From the NCBI GenBank assembly GCA_905203475.1, contig CAJKWD010000002.1:1658-65657 (forward strand): a DNA stretch of 64,000 nt, read 5' to 3'. Position numbers and translations under genes: made by a program. The notes under the pieces were generated by a model. It saw only the letters and a list, made by a program, of their open reading frames with translations, was not told the DNA's origin and did no database searches. Below are positions 1 through 8,149 of the stretch, piece by piece. Numbering within the stretch: the stretch's first letter is position 1; each line of letters starts with the position of its first letter. The stretch comes from an uncultured Acholeplasmataceae bacterium (GTDB lineage Bacteria > Bacillota_I > Bacilli_A > RF39 > UBA660).

Positions 1-1142
1 ATGCAGCCACTGATGAAGATGGAACAAGTTATTATTACAGAGGAGCAGTAGCCGGAAACTATGTAAAATTAAATAATAAATATTACCGAGTAATTCGAGT
101 AAATGGAGATGGAACCTTAAGAATTATTTATGATGGAACAACCCCACATGAAAATGGAGAATCAAGTAGTAATCGTCAAGTAGGAACCAGTGCATTTAAT
201 CCATATTATTCCGATAATGGATATGTAGGATATATGTATGGAGATATGAGTCAGAATGTGATTACAGAGGGAGAAAATACATGGACTTATACTGGATTAT
301 CTGCAACCGCAAAATATTATTTTGGAACAAGTTATTCATACGATGAGTCAAAGAATGCCTTTACAGTAACAGAAGATATGGTTGCAGCAACAGTAACAGA
401 GTATGGCCAGAAGTATAATGATAAAAAATACTATACATGCTTTAGTACATCAAAGACAGGAACCTGTCAGAGACTTATTCATGTACAAAGTTATAGAAAC
501 GCGACACAAATGAGTGTCAAATCAGTAGAAAATTCATCAACGTCATATAATCAAGCACATCAGAATTTAAATAATAGTACAATGAAGAGTTATTTAGAAA
601 ATTGGTATACGAATAATTTAAGTAGTGTCGATGATAAGATATCAAAGACTACTTATTTCTGTAATAATCGTCAATTAGCAACGAAAGGAGATAATACATA
701 TAAGAATACAGGATATGGAATTACGCCATCATTCTATGGATATACAAGATTCTACGATTGGAATGGAAATGCGACAGGACCGACACTATTGTGTCCACAG
801 GATAATGATAAGTTTACCGTATCAACATCAACGGGAAATGGAAAACAAACAAAACCAATTGGATTAATTACAGCCGATGAAGTAAATATGGCCGGAGGAA
901 AGAGTGGTTCTAGAAACATGTTGTATTACTTGTATACAGGAACAGATTACTGGACCATGTCGCCGTCCTACTTCGTCAACAGTGCGTATGCGCACGAGTT
1001 CCTCGTGACGTCTTCCGGTGAGCTGAACGCTTGGAGCTATGTGACGTATGGTTACGGCGTCCGCCCAGTGATCAATTTAGATACAAAAAATATAAAATTT
1101 ACAGGAACAGGAACGATGCAAGATCCATATGTAATCGAATAA
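1..1142 (+). CDS. Secreted lectin-like protein, 5'-truncated by the window edge (C-terminal YW..SP...GVRPV domain, DUF1566/DUF6273-like)
   Basis: Frame 3 is open from base 3 (AATDEDGTSYYYRGAVAGNYVKLNNKYYRVIRVNGDGTLRIIYDG...), so the ORF-track start at 234 is internal. Paralogous in architecture to 42756-43745 (RVI/RII..DGT, YWTM, VRPV..L, G.G...DPY tail). Confidence 0.8.
   Translation, partial: AATDEDGTSYYYRGAVAGNYVKLNNKYYRVIRVNGDGTLRIIYDGTTPHENGESSSNRQVGTSAFNPYYSDNGYVGYMYGDMSQNVITEGENTWTYTGLSATAKYYFGTSYSYDESKNAFTVTEDMVAATVTEYGQKYNDKKYYTCFSTSKTGTCQRLIHVQSYRNATQMSVKSVENSSTSYNQAHQNLNNSTMKSYLENWYTNNLSSVDDKISKTTYFCNNRQLATKGDNTYKNTGYGITPSFYGYTRFYDWNGNATGPTLLCPQDNDKFTVSTSTGNGKQTKPIGLITADEVNMAGGKSGSRNMLYYLYTGTDYWTMSPSYFVNSAYAHEFLVTSSGELNAWSYVTYGYGVRPVINLDTKNIKFTGTGTMQDPYVIE
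950..1072 (+). other. GC-rich, A-poor codon patch; candidate DGR variable region (VR)
   Basis: Positions 961-1070 are 65/110 G+C with only 17/110 A, against 22/60 and 19/70 G+C in the flanks. 28 of 37 codons end in G/C and 15 are NNC. The patch ends in GGCGTCCGCCC. Confidence 0.45.
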
Positions 1143-1164
1143 AAAGAGTTTGAAAACTCTTTTT
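1143..1164 (+). terminator. Rho-independent terminator
   Basis: aaagagtt-tgaa-aactcttt hairpin directly after the stop codon, followed by a T-rich run. Confidence 0.65.
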
Positions 1165-1227
1165 ATATGTTTTAAAATCATATTGCATTTTCGATATGAA
1201 CTTGATATGATGTTGGAGGAAAGTAGG

Positions 1228-1629
1228 ATGAATATGAAAAAGTTTATTATTTTATTTATATGTTTATTATGCTTTACTACAGGTTGTGAAGATAAAAATG
1301 TAATTGAAAAAACAAATGCTGGATATACACATATTTCTATGGATGTAGCTAAGGAATATATGAAGGAACAAGATACTATTGTAGTTGATGTTAGAACAGA
1401 AGAAGAATATGAAACAGGACATATTAGAGGAGCGATTAATATTCCTCTTCATGCGATAGATGGAACAGTGGTAGGAAAGTTAAAAGACTATAATCAAAAA
1501 ATACTTGTCTATTGTGAAAGTGGAAACCGTAGTATTCAGGCAAGTGCTAAATTAGCATCTCTTGGTTATAAAAATGTATACGAAATGGGTGGTATACAAG
1601 ATTACGATGGAGAATTGAGTCAGTCATGA
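1228..1629 (+). CDS. Rhodanese-domain lipoprotein
   Basis: GGAGGA RBS 7 nt upstream of ATG 1228. Lipobox LLCFTTGC. Rhodanese active-site loop CESGNR and GHIRGAINIP. Confidence 0.85.
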   Translation: MNMKKFIILFICLLCFTTGCEDKNVIEKTNAGYTHISMDVAKEYMKEQDTIVVDVRTEEEYETGHIRGAINIPLHAIDGTVVGKLKDYNQKILVYCESGNRSIQASAKLASLGYKNVYEMGGIQDYDGELSQS

Positions 1630-2249
1630 AAATAGATTCTTTAAAAACAATCAATGAGGAAGAAATGGAAGATACTTTAGAATATATAAAAATGTCTGAG
1701 CAAGAGCAATTTGATTTTTCTGGTATTACGGAATGTAATCATTGCTATTTTGAAAAAGTTCAATTTACTGATTTACACTTTCAAAATATTTCTTGTTATG
1801 ATGTGGTATTTAAAAATTGTGATTTTTCTAATGTTATATGGAATTCCCATTCTGATTTTGCAGGTCCATTTTTGAATCATGTGACTTTTGAAAATTGTAA
1901 AATGGTTGGAACTGATTTTGGGATGACGGCTTTAAAGAAAGTAACGTTTCAAAATTGTGTAGGTCGTTATGTGAATTTTTCTTTCGTAACGATGAGAGAA
2001 GTGAAAATATTATCTTGCTCTTTTCAAAACATGATATTGCAAGATACGACTTGTAAAAAATTATTATTGCAAGAAAATGAATTATTTGGACTAGAATTAT
2101 TACATACATCATTAAAAGATGTCGATATGACTAGTAATCATATGGATGGATTAAAAACAGATTTAGAAAGTATTCAAGGAATGATTGTGAATCCTGAACA
2201 AGCATTACAATTATCTAAATTATTAGGAATTATAGTGAAAAATCTATAA
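1626..2249 (+). CDS. Pentapeptide-repeat protein, Qnr/MfpA-like
   Basis: Tandem A(D/N)LxX-type pentapeptides over ~150 aa. The C-terminal IQGMIVNPEQALQLSKLLGIIV resembles the Qnr C-terminal dimerisation helix. ATGA overlap with the rhodanese stop codon. Confidence 0.75.
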   Translation: MKIDSLKTINEEEMEDTLEYIKMSEQEQFDFSGITECNHCYFEKVQFTDLHFQNISCYDVVFKNCDFSNVIWNSHSDFAGPFLNHVTFENCKMVGTDFGMTALKKVTFQNCVGRYVNFSFVTMREVKILSCSFQNMILQDTTCKKLLLQENELFGLELLHTSLKDVDMTSNHMDGLKTDLESIQGMIVNPEQALQLSKLLGIIVKNL

Positions 2250-2318
2250 TTCTTTTTTTATGACAAAATAGTCATGACAGAATTTGAATTTATAGTATAA
2301 TAATTTTAGGTGATATAC

Positions 2319-2999
2319 ATGCAGAAATTACTGATTGTAGAAGACGATGAAACAATTCGTTTTGGGTTAAAGTATTATTTAGAACAAGAAGGTTTTGATG
2401 TCTACCAAGCATCTACTGTGAAAGAAGCATATGATAAATTTTCTAAAACGAATTTTGATATTGTTTTATTAGATTTAAATTTACCGGACGGGAATGGTTT
2501 TGATTTATATCGTGATATGAAAAAAGTAAAAGAGGTACCAACTATCTTTTTAACAGCCAATGATCAAGAAGTATCTATTGTTATGGGACTAGATATGGGA
2601 GCAGATGATTATATTACAAAACCATTTAAGGTAAGAGAGTTATTATCGCGTATTAAGACAGTATTACGTCGTAGTGGGAAAAAACAGGATAATACCATTC
2701 AAGTTGGAAATGTTGTATTAGATATGCATCAAGCGAAAGTATTTAAAAATGGGGTTGATGTAATGTTAACAGCACTTGAGTATAAAATATTTTTAACATT
2801 GGCATTAAATTATAATCAAGTATTAAAAAGAGAAAGTATTTTAGCAAACATTTGGGATGTCAATGAAGAATATGTCAATGATAATACACTAACAGTATAT
2901 ATTAAGAGAATTCGTGAAAAGATTGAAGATGATCCGAATCATCCTCGTATTATCCAAACAGTTCGCAAATTAGGTTACAAAGTAGGTGACCCATGTTAG
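2319..2999 (+). CDS. OmpR-family response regulator
   Basis: LLIVEDDE...DLNLPDGNG receiver domain plus a winged-helix C-terminus (RKLGYKV). AGGTGA RBS 5 nt upstream of ATG 2319. Confidence 0.9.
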   Translation: MQKLLIVEDDETIRFGLKYYLEQEGFDVYQASTVKEAYDKFSKTNFDIVLLDLNLPDGNGFDLYRDMKKVKEVPTIFLTANDQEVSIVMGLDMGADDYITKPFKVRELLSRIKTVLRRSGKKQDNTIQVGNVVLDMHQAKVFKNGVDVMLTALEYKIFLTLALNYNQVLKRESILANIWDVNEEYVNDNTLTVYIKRIREKIEDDPNHPRIIQTVRKLGYKVGDPC

Positions 3000-4216
3000 G
3001 AAAAAGAAGAAAACAATTTCTTTTATTTGAATTTCTTCTCTTTTGTTTTTGTATTTTATTTGCTTTTATGATGACCAAAGTGACAACGGATATTTATCAA
3101 AAACATATTTATGAGCGAGAAGGAACGTTATTAAAAAGAGTCATAGAAGAACATCCGGAAACAGAAGAAGAAGTTATTCAGCTTTATGAACAAACCGATT
3201 TTCGTAAAATAGATACAAGTATTTTAGAAAAATATGGGTATGTAACGAGTGATGATTTAAGATATTTTCAAGATATAAAACAAGCACATCGTAATTTGTT
3301 AATATCACAAATTATTTTTGTAACTATGTTATTTGTAATACTGAATATTGCTTATATTTGGTATCAATGGAATCAAGATCGTAAATTAAAAGAATTAGAT
3401 CAATATTTATTAGCTGTTTTAGCAGGAAATTATAATCTGGATATTAGAGATTATCAAGATGGTATTTTAAGTTCTTTAAAAAACGATGTATATAAAATGA
3501 GTGTGTTATTAAAAGAAGATAAAGAAAGAGCAATAGAACAACAAAAATATTTAGAAAGTGTTTTATCAGATATTTCTCATCAATTAAGAACACCACTTAC
3601 GAGTATGTATGTTATGAATGATTTGTTGAGTGATGGCAAAGTACGAGGTAAACAAAAGAAAGAGATTTTAAATAAAAATCGTGCACAATTAGAAAGAATA
3701 GAATGGTTAATTACTACTTTATTAAAAATGTCTCGTATTGATGCGGGAACAGTTGTTTTTAAAGAGGAAAAAGTAACAACGAAGGAATTGATTAAAAAAG
3801 CTTTAGAACCGATTAATATACCTATAGAATTAAAAAAACAGACGATATTAATTGTTGGTGATAAAAAGAGTACTGTATTGTTAGATAAAAAGTGGACAGT
3901 GGAAGCATTTGTCAATATTTTAAAGAATGCTCATGAACATACATCTGTAGGGGGAATGATTATTATTAAAATTACTGATAATCCTTTATTTACAGAATTT
4001 TTAATTCAAGATAATGGAACGGGCATTGCCAAAGAAGATTTACCACATATTTTTGAACGTTTTTATAAAGGTAAAAACTCATCGAGTGAATCCATTGGGA
4101 TTGGATTAAATATGTCTAAGACGATTATTCAAAAAGAAAATGGAACGATTATGGTAGAAAGTACAGAAGGGAAGGGAACTACTTTTACAATCCGTTTTTA
4201 TAAAGCAGATATTTAA
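2993..4216 (+). CDS. Sensor histidine kinase
   Basis: Two TM segments flank a ~85-aa loop. H-box SHQLRTPLTS. HATPase N, G1 and G2 boxes (DNGTGI, GIGLNM). Confidence 0.9.
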   Translation: MLGKRRKQFLLFEFLLFCFCILFAFMMTKVTTDIYQKHIYEREGTLLKRVIEEHPETEEEVIQLYEQTDFRKIDTSILEKYGYVTSDDLRYFQDIKQAHRNLLISQIIFVTMLFVILNIAYIWYQWNQDRKLKELDQYLLAVLAGNYNLDIRDYQDGILSSLKNDVYKMSVLLKEDKERAIEQQKYLESVLSDISHQLRTPLTSMYVMNDLLSDGKVRGKQKKEILNKNRAQLERIEWLITTLLKMSRIDAGTVVFKEEKVTTKELIKKALEPINIPIELKKQTILIVGDKKSTVLLDKKWTVEAFVNILKNAHEHTSVGGMIIIKITDNPLFTEFLIQDNGTGIAKEDLPHIFERFYKGKNSSSESIGIGLNMSKTIIQKENGTIMVESTEGKGTTFTIRFYKADI

Positions 4217-4232
4217 GTGACAATTCTGTCAC
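4217..4232. promoter_or_regulatory. Perfect inverted repeat GTGACA-N4-TGTCAC (candidate response-regulator operator; could also act as the HK terminator stem)
   Basis: Lies upstream of an ABC-operon promoter that has a poor -35. TGTCAC..GTCATA half-sites follow at 4239-4256. A related ATGACAaaataGTCATGACA lies upstream of the RR gene (2260-2279). Confidence 0.4.
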
Positions 4233-4289
4233 TCTTTTTGTCACGATAGAGTCATATCTATTTACTATACTGTAGGTGTAGGTGATAAT

Positions 4290-4772
4290 ATGACAAAGTG
4301 TAAATATGAAAGATTGATTATGATTGCAATTATTGTAGGAGTGATTGGTATATTAGGGTTTAGTGAATATTGTATGGCACAAAAAGAAGATAAGATAGAT
4401 AAGCCCACGACAGAAAAAGTAAGCAATCAAGATGATATGGCAACATATCACAATATTATAGTTGCGAAAGAAGTACTCACAGATTTGAAAAAGATGAGTA
4501 AATGTGCTGGTCGTGATCATATCGAATTACTTACCCAAACAGGATATCAGGAAAATGGAACAGAGGAAGAAAAAAGTGGTTTATTAATTCGTTTTGGAAG
4601 TAATGACGCAGAAGAAAATCAGTTCATTCAAGAGTGGTTAGAACAACATGGTTGGCAGTACGGATTTGTCCAATTTCAACAAGAGGATTACTTATTATAT
4701 CGTTATACAGGACGTGATATTGCAAAATCAATTCATGAGGCAAATGTGACATTTTCTGAGTACTTAAAATAG
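4290..4772 (+). CDS. Membrane-anchored protein with a degenerate VanY/M15B-like C-terminal half
   Basis: N-terminal TM segment. WLEQHGWQYGFV...YRYTGRDIAKSI...FSEYL matches the VanY C-terminal pattern, but the SxHxxGxAxD and EPWH metal-ligand motifs are not visible. Confidence 0.5.
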   Translation: MTKCKYERLIMIAIIVGVIGILGFSEYCMAQKEDKIDKPTTEKVSNQDDMATYHNIIVAKEVLTDLKKMSKCAGRDHIELLTQTGYQENGTEEEKSGLLIRFGSNDAEENQFIQEWLEQHGWQYGFVQFQQEDYLLYRYTGRDIAKSIHEANVTFSEYLK

Positions 4773-4785
4773 AGAGGATGAAAGT

Positions 4786-5466
4786 ATGGAAATATTAAAG
4801 GTTGAGCATTTAACAAAAACGTATGGTACTGGCAAGACACAAGTAAAAGCATTAGATGATGTTAGCTTTTCCGTTGAAAAAGGAGAGTTTATTGCGATTG
4901 TTGGAGCGAGTGGAAGCGGGAAAAGTACTTTATTACATTTAATTGGAGCAGTAGATAAACCGACAAGTGGGAAGGTTTATGTAGAGGGAGAAGATATTTT
5001 TAAACTCAATGAAACAAATCTGGCGATTTTCCGTCGCCGTCAAGTAGGTTTAATCTATCAATTTTATAATTTAATTCCAATTTTGGATGTAAAAGAAAAT
5101 ATGACATTACCTGTTTTATTAGATGGTAAGCAAGTAGAAGAAGATTATTTGAATGAGTTAATTCAAATTTTAGGGTTAGGAAAAAGAATGAATCATCTTC
5201 CAAATGAATTATCAGGAGGAGAACAACAGCGTGTATCTATCGGCCGAGCTCTTATGAATCATCCTGTTGTTTTATTAGCAGATGAACCAACAGGAAATTT
5301 GGATAGTAAAGCAAGTGCTGAAATTATGAAATTATTAAGGCTTTCTAATCAGAAATATAAACAGACAATTATTATGATTACTCATGATTATAATCTGGCT
5401 TTAACTGCAGATCGTATTATTGAAATAAAAGATGGAAAAATTATAAAAGATGAGAAGGTGAGATAA
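4786..5466 (+). CDS. ABC transporter ATP-binding protein (MacB/BceA-like)
   Basis: Walker A GASGSGKST, signature LSGGEQQR, Walker B LLADEPT. Confidence 0.95.
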   Translation: MEILKVEHLTKTYGTGKTQVKALDDVSFSVEKGEFIAIVGASGSGKSTLLHLIGAVDKPTSGKVYVEGEDIFKLNETNLAIFRRRQVGLIYQFYNLIPILDVKENMTLPVLLDGKQVEEDYLNELIQILGLGKRMNHLPNELSGGEQQRVSIGRALMNHPVVLLADEPTGNLDSKASAEIMKLLRLSNQKYKQTIIMITHDYNLALTADRIIEIKDGKIIKDEKVR

Positions 5467-5468
5467 CC

Positions 5469-8060
5469 TTGAACATATTAAATAAATTAACGATAAAAGA
5501 ATTAAAAATGAATAAACAGCGTACGATTGTAACATTAATAGGGGTTATTTTATCTTGTGCTTTAATGGTTGGCATTGGACTTATTTTCTCCAGTGCCCAA
5601 AAAAATATGTTAGATTCGATTGTCAGTTATTCAGGAGATTATCATGTCCGTTTTGATAATGTTAAAAAAGAAGATATTTCTATAGTGAAAAATAATGTGA
5701 AAGTAAAAAAATATGCGTATACAAATGATATTAGCTATGCAATCGGAAATAGTGAACAAGAAGATGACTTTTTCTTTTTATTAAGAGGAATGAATGATAC
5801 TTATCATGCGTCATTTCGCAATGTAAAAGGGAAGTATCCTAAAAAAGACAATGAAATATTAGTACCTGATACATTGTTAAAACAATATGATCCTTATTTA
5901 AAGATTGGAGATTCTATTACTCTTAATCTTGGTAAAAGATATTTAAATGGAGAAGAAACAACAGAGTCAGTCAGAAGTACAGAAGAAACATTTGAAGTAT
6001 CGGATACGAAGACTTATAAAATTGTTGGAACATATGAATATGATGCATATCCACAAATGTATTATAGCGAATTATATATTTTATATACTGGAGAGAAACT
6101 GAATACTTCTACAGCCAGATTATTTATCACATATAAAAATATGAATGATACTTATCGGGAATCAGAACATATCGCATCATTATTAGGGTTTGAAGAAAGT
6201 GGAACTGGATTATATCAAAATATGACATATCACCAAGAGTATTTATCAGTATCAGGACATAGTCGTTATGGGAACTATAATACGACAATGGTAATTATAT
6301 TAGGTATTGTACTCAGTTTAATCTCGATTGCTTGTATTATAGTAATTTATAATTCTTTTCATATTTCTGTTATGGAAAGAAAGAAACAATTTGGTATTTT
6401 TGCAAGTATTGGTGCAACGAAAAATCAGTTAATGAAAACAGTATTCTTAGAAGCATTGATTGTTGCACTCCTTGGTATTCCAATTGGTCTTTTATCAGGT
6501 ATGTTAGGTATTAAAATAACATTAGATATCATCGCAAAATTAGCACCTGATTTATTTAGTATTCCACTTACATTTTATGTTTATCCAATTTTTATTATTG
6601 TACCAGTTATATTTATGCTAATTGTCATCTTCATTTCTGCTTATTTACCAGCACGTAAAGCAGGAAAAATGCAACCGTTGGAAGCAATTCGCCAAAATGA
6701 TGATATAAAGATTGAAAAGAAAAAGATGAAAACATCAAAGATGATTCGTAAAATATTTGGAATTGAAGGAGAGATTGCTCTAAAAAATATTAAGAGAAAC
6801 CGTAAGAAATATCGTGTGACTGTTGTATCTTTATTTATTAGTATTGTTTTATTTGTTACATTTTCTGGGTTATTGAGATATGGGTTATATGGAACAGATA
6901 CTGCCTTTCAGAATGCAGAATACGATGCGATGGTATCTGTGACTGCTCCAACTTATGATGATATAAAGCCCGTTATGGAACGATTAAAAAAAGTAAAAGG
7001 TCCAGAACAGGCTAAAGAAATTCATTGGACTTATGCGACAACTAAAATAGATTCTTCTACTTTTTATGAAGAATACCAAAAACAAATGAGTGATAATATA
7101 GATTATGATAGTAAAACAACTGATATGGGAGTTATAATTGCTACGATTGATCAAAAAGATTATGAAAAATTACTAGAGGAATATAAACAAGAAGAGGGTA
7201 CTACTTTCTTAATCAATCAAATTAATTTTTCAAGTGTTAATGGTAAAACAAGAAAAACATATTATAATCGTATATTTAAACCAGATTCCATTTCCAGCAT
7301 AATCCCTTATTGTGAGAAATATGATGGAAATGATAATTATCATGTGGAACAATGCTACGAAGCAATCGAACATATTACTATGATTGAAACAGTTCCATAT
7401 GGCTTGAAAAATGTCATTTCTGATCCTGGTTCATTTGTTATTGTTGTACCAGAATCTATGTATCGTCAATTTGTCACAACAGCGTTAGAAAAAGATTATT
7501 TAATTGGTACAAATGATTTTCTTTATATGAATGGAACAAATTTTAAAAATATAGAGAAAGAAATAAAAAACATCGGAGATGAAGGCATTGTTGGTGATGT
7601 CTATTATGAGAATGTCGAAGAAAGCGTTGCTAGAACAAATCGTATTATTTTAGCAATCAAAATATTATTATATGGATTTATTGCTTTAGTGACATTTATT
7701 GGTATTACAAGTGTATTTAATACAATTGTAACTTCATTAGCACTTCGTAAAAGAGAATTCGCAATGTTAAGAAGTGTAGGATTAAGTCCCAAAGGCTTTC
7801 ATAAGATATTGTTTTTAGAGAGTTTCTTCTTCGTTGCAAAAGCATATTTAGTTGCACTCCCTGTATCTTTACTTTTAATTGCACTCATTCATTATGCATT
7901 TAATTTTTCGATGTATATTGAATCGGTATTAATTCCGTGGGATGCTGTATTGATTGCTCTGTTATTCTCATATGCTATTGTCTTAATTACAACGTTCTAT
8001 GCGACAAAAAAAATGAGAACTGCTAATATTTTAGAATCAATACGAGAGGAGAATATTTAA
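5469..8060 (+). CDS. FtsX-family ABC permease with two MacB-type repeats (863 aa)
   Basis: TTG start 2 nt after the ATPase stop codon. Two large extracytoplasmic domains, each followed by a 3-TM FtsX bundle. Confidence 0.85.
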   Translation: MNILNKLTIKELKMNKQRTIVTLIGVILSCALMVGIGLIFSSAQKNMLDSIVSYSGDYHVRFDNVKKEDISIVKNNVKVKKYAYTNDISYAIGNSEQEDDFFFLLRGMNDTYHASFRNVKGKYPKKDNEILVPDTLLKQYDPYLKIGDSITLNLGKRYLNGEETTESVRSTEETFEVSDTKTYKIVGTYEYDAYPQMYYSELYILYTGEKLNTSTARLFITYKNMNDTYRESEHIASLLGFEESGTGLYQNMTYHQEYLSVSGHSRYGNYNTTMVIILGIVLSLISIACIIVIYNSFHISVMERKKQFGIFASIGATKNQLMKTVFLEALIVALLGIPIGLLSGMLGIKITLDIIAKLAPDLFSIPLTFYVYPIFIIVPVIFMLIVIFISAYLPARKAGKMQPLEAIRQNDDIKIEKKKMKTSKMIRKIFGIEGEIALKNIKRNRKKYRVTVVSLFISIVLFVTFSGLLRYGLYGTDTAFQNAEYDAMVSVTAPTYDDIKPVMERLKKVKGPEQAKEIHWTYATTKIDSSTFYEEYQKQMSDNIDYDSKTTDMGVIIATIDQKDYEKLLEEYKQEEGTTFLINQINFSSVNGKTRKTYYNRIFKPDSISSIIPYCEKYDGNDNYHVEQCYEAIEHITMIETVPYGLKNVISDPGSFVIVVPESMYRQFVTTALEKDYLIGTNDFLYMNGTNFKNIEKEIKNIGDEGIVGDVYYENVEESVARTNRIILAIKILLYGFIALVTFIGITSVFNTIVTSLALRKREFAMLRSVGLSPKGFHKILFLESFFFVAKAYLVALPVSLLLIALIHYAFNFSMYIESVLIPWDAVLIALLFSYAIVLITTFYATKKMRTANILESIREENI

Positions 8061-8073
8061 TATTCTCTTTTTT
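8049..8073 (+). terminator. Rho-independent terminator
   Basis: gagaatat-tta-atattctc hairpin overlapping the stop codon, followed by T6. Confidence 0.7.
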
Positions 8074-8149
8074 ATGTAAATCAGAAAACAGTCTTTTCTT
8101 TTCTGAAAAATAGGGTATAATAATGATGAATTTAGATGTAGGTGATAAG

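Noticed and set aside
234-1142. ORF-track start at 234 for the first gene
   Set aside because: The same frame is open back to base 3 with plausible protein sequence, so the gene is truncated by the window edge rather than starting at 234.
1143-8060. DGR template repeat or reverse transcriptase downstream of the GC-rich patch
   Set aside because: The downstream genes are rhodanese, a pentapeptide protein, the TCS and the ABC transporter. I saw no second GC-rich copy of the patch anywhere in the 64 kb. If a DGR exists, its TR and RT are outside this window.
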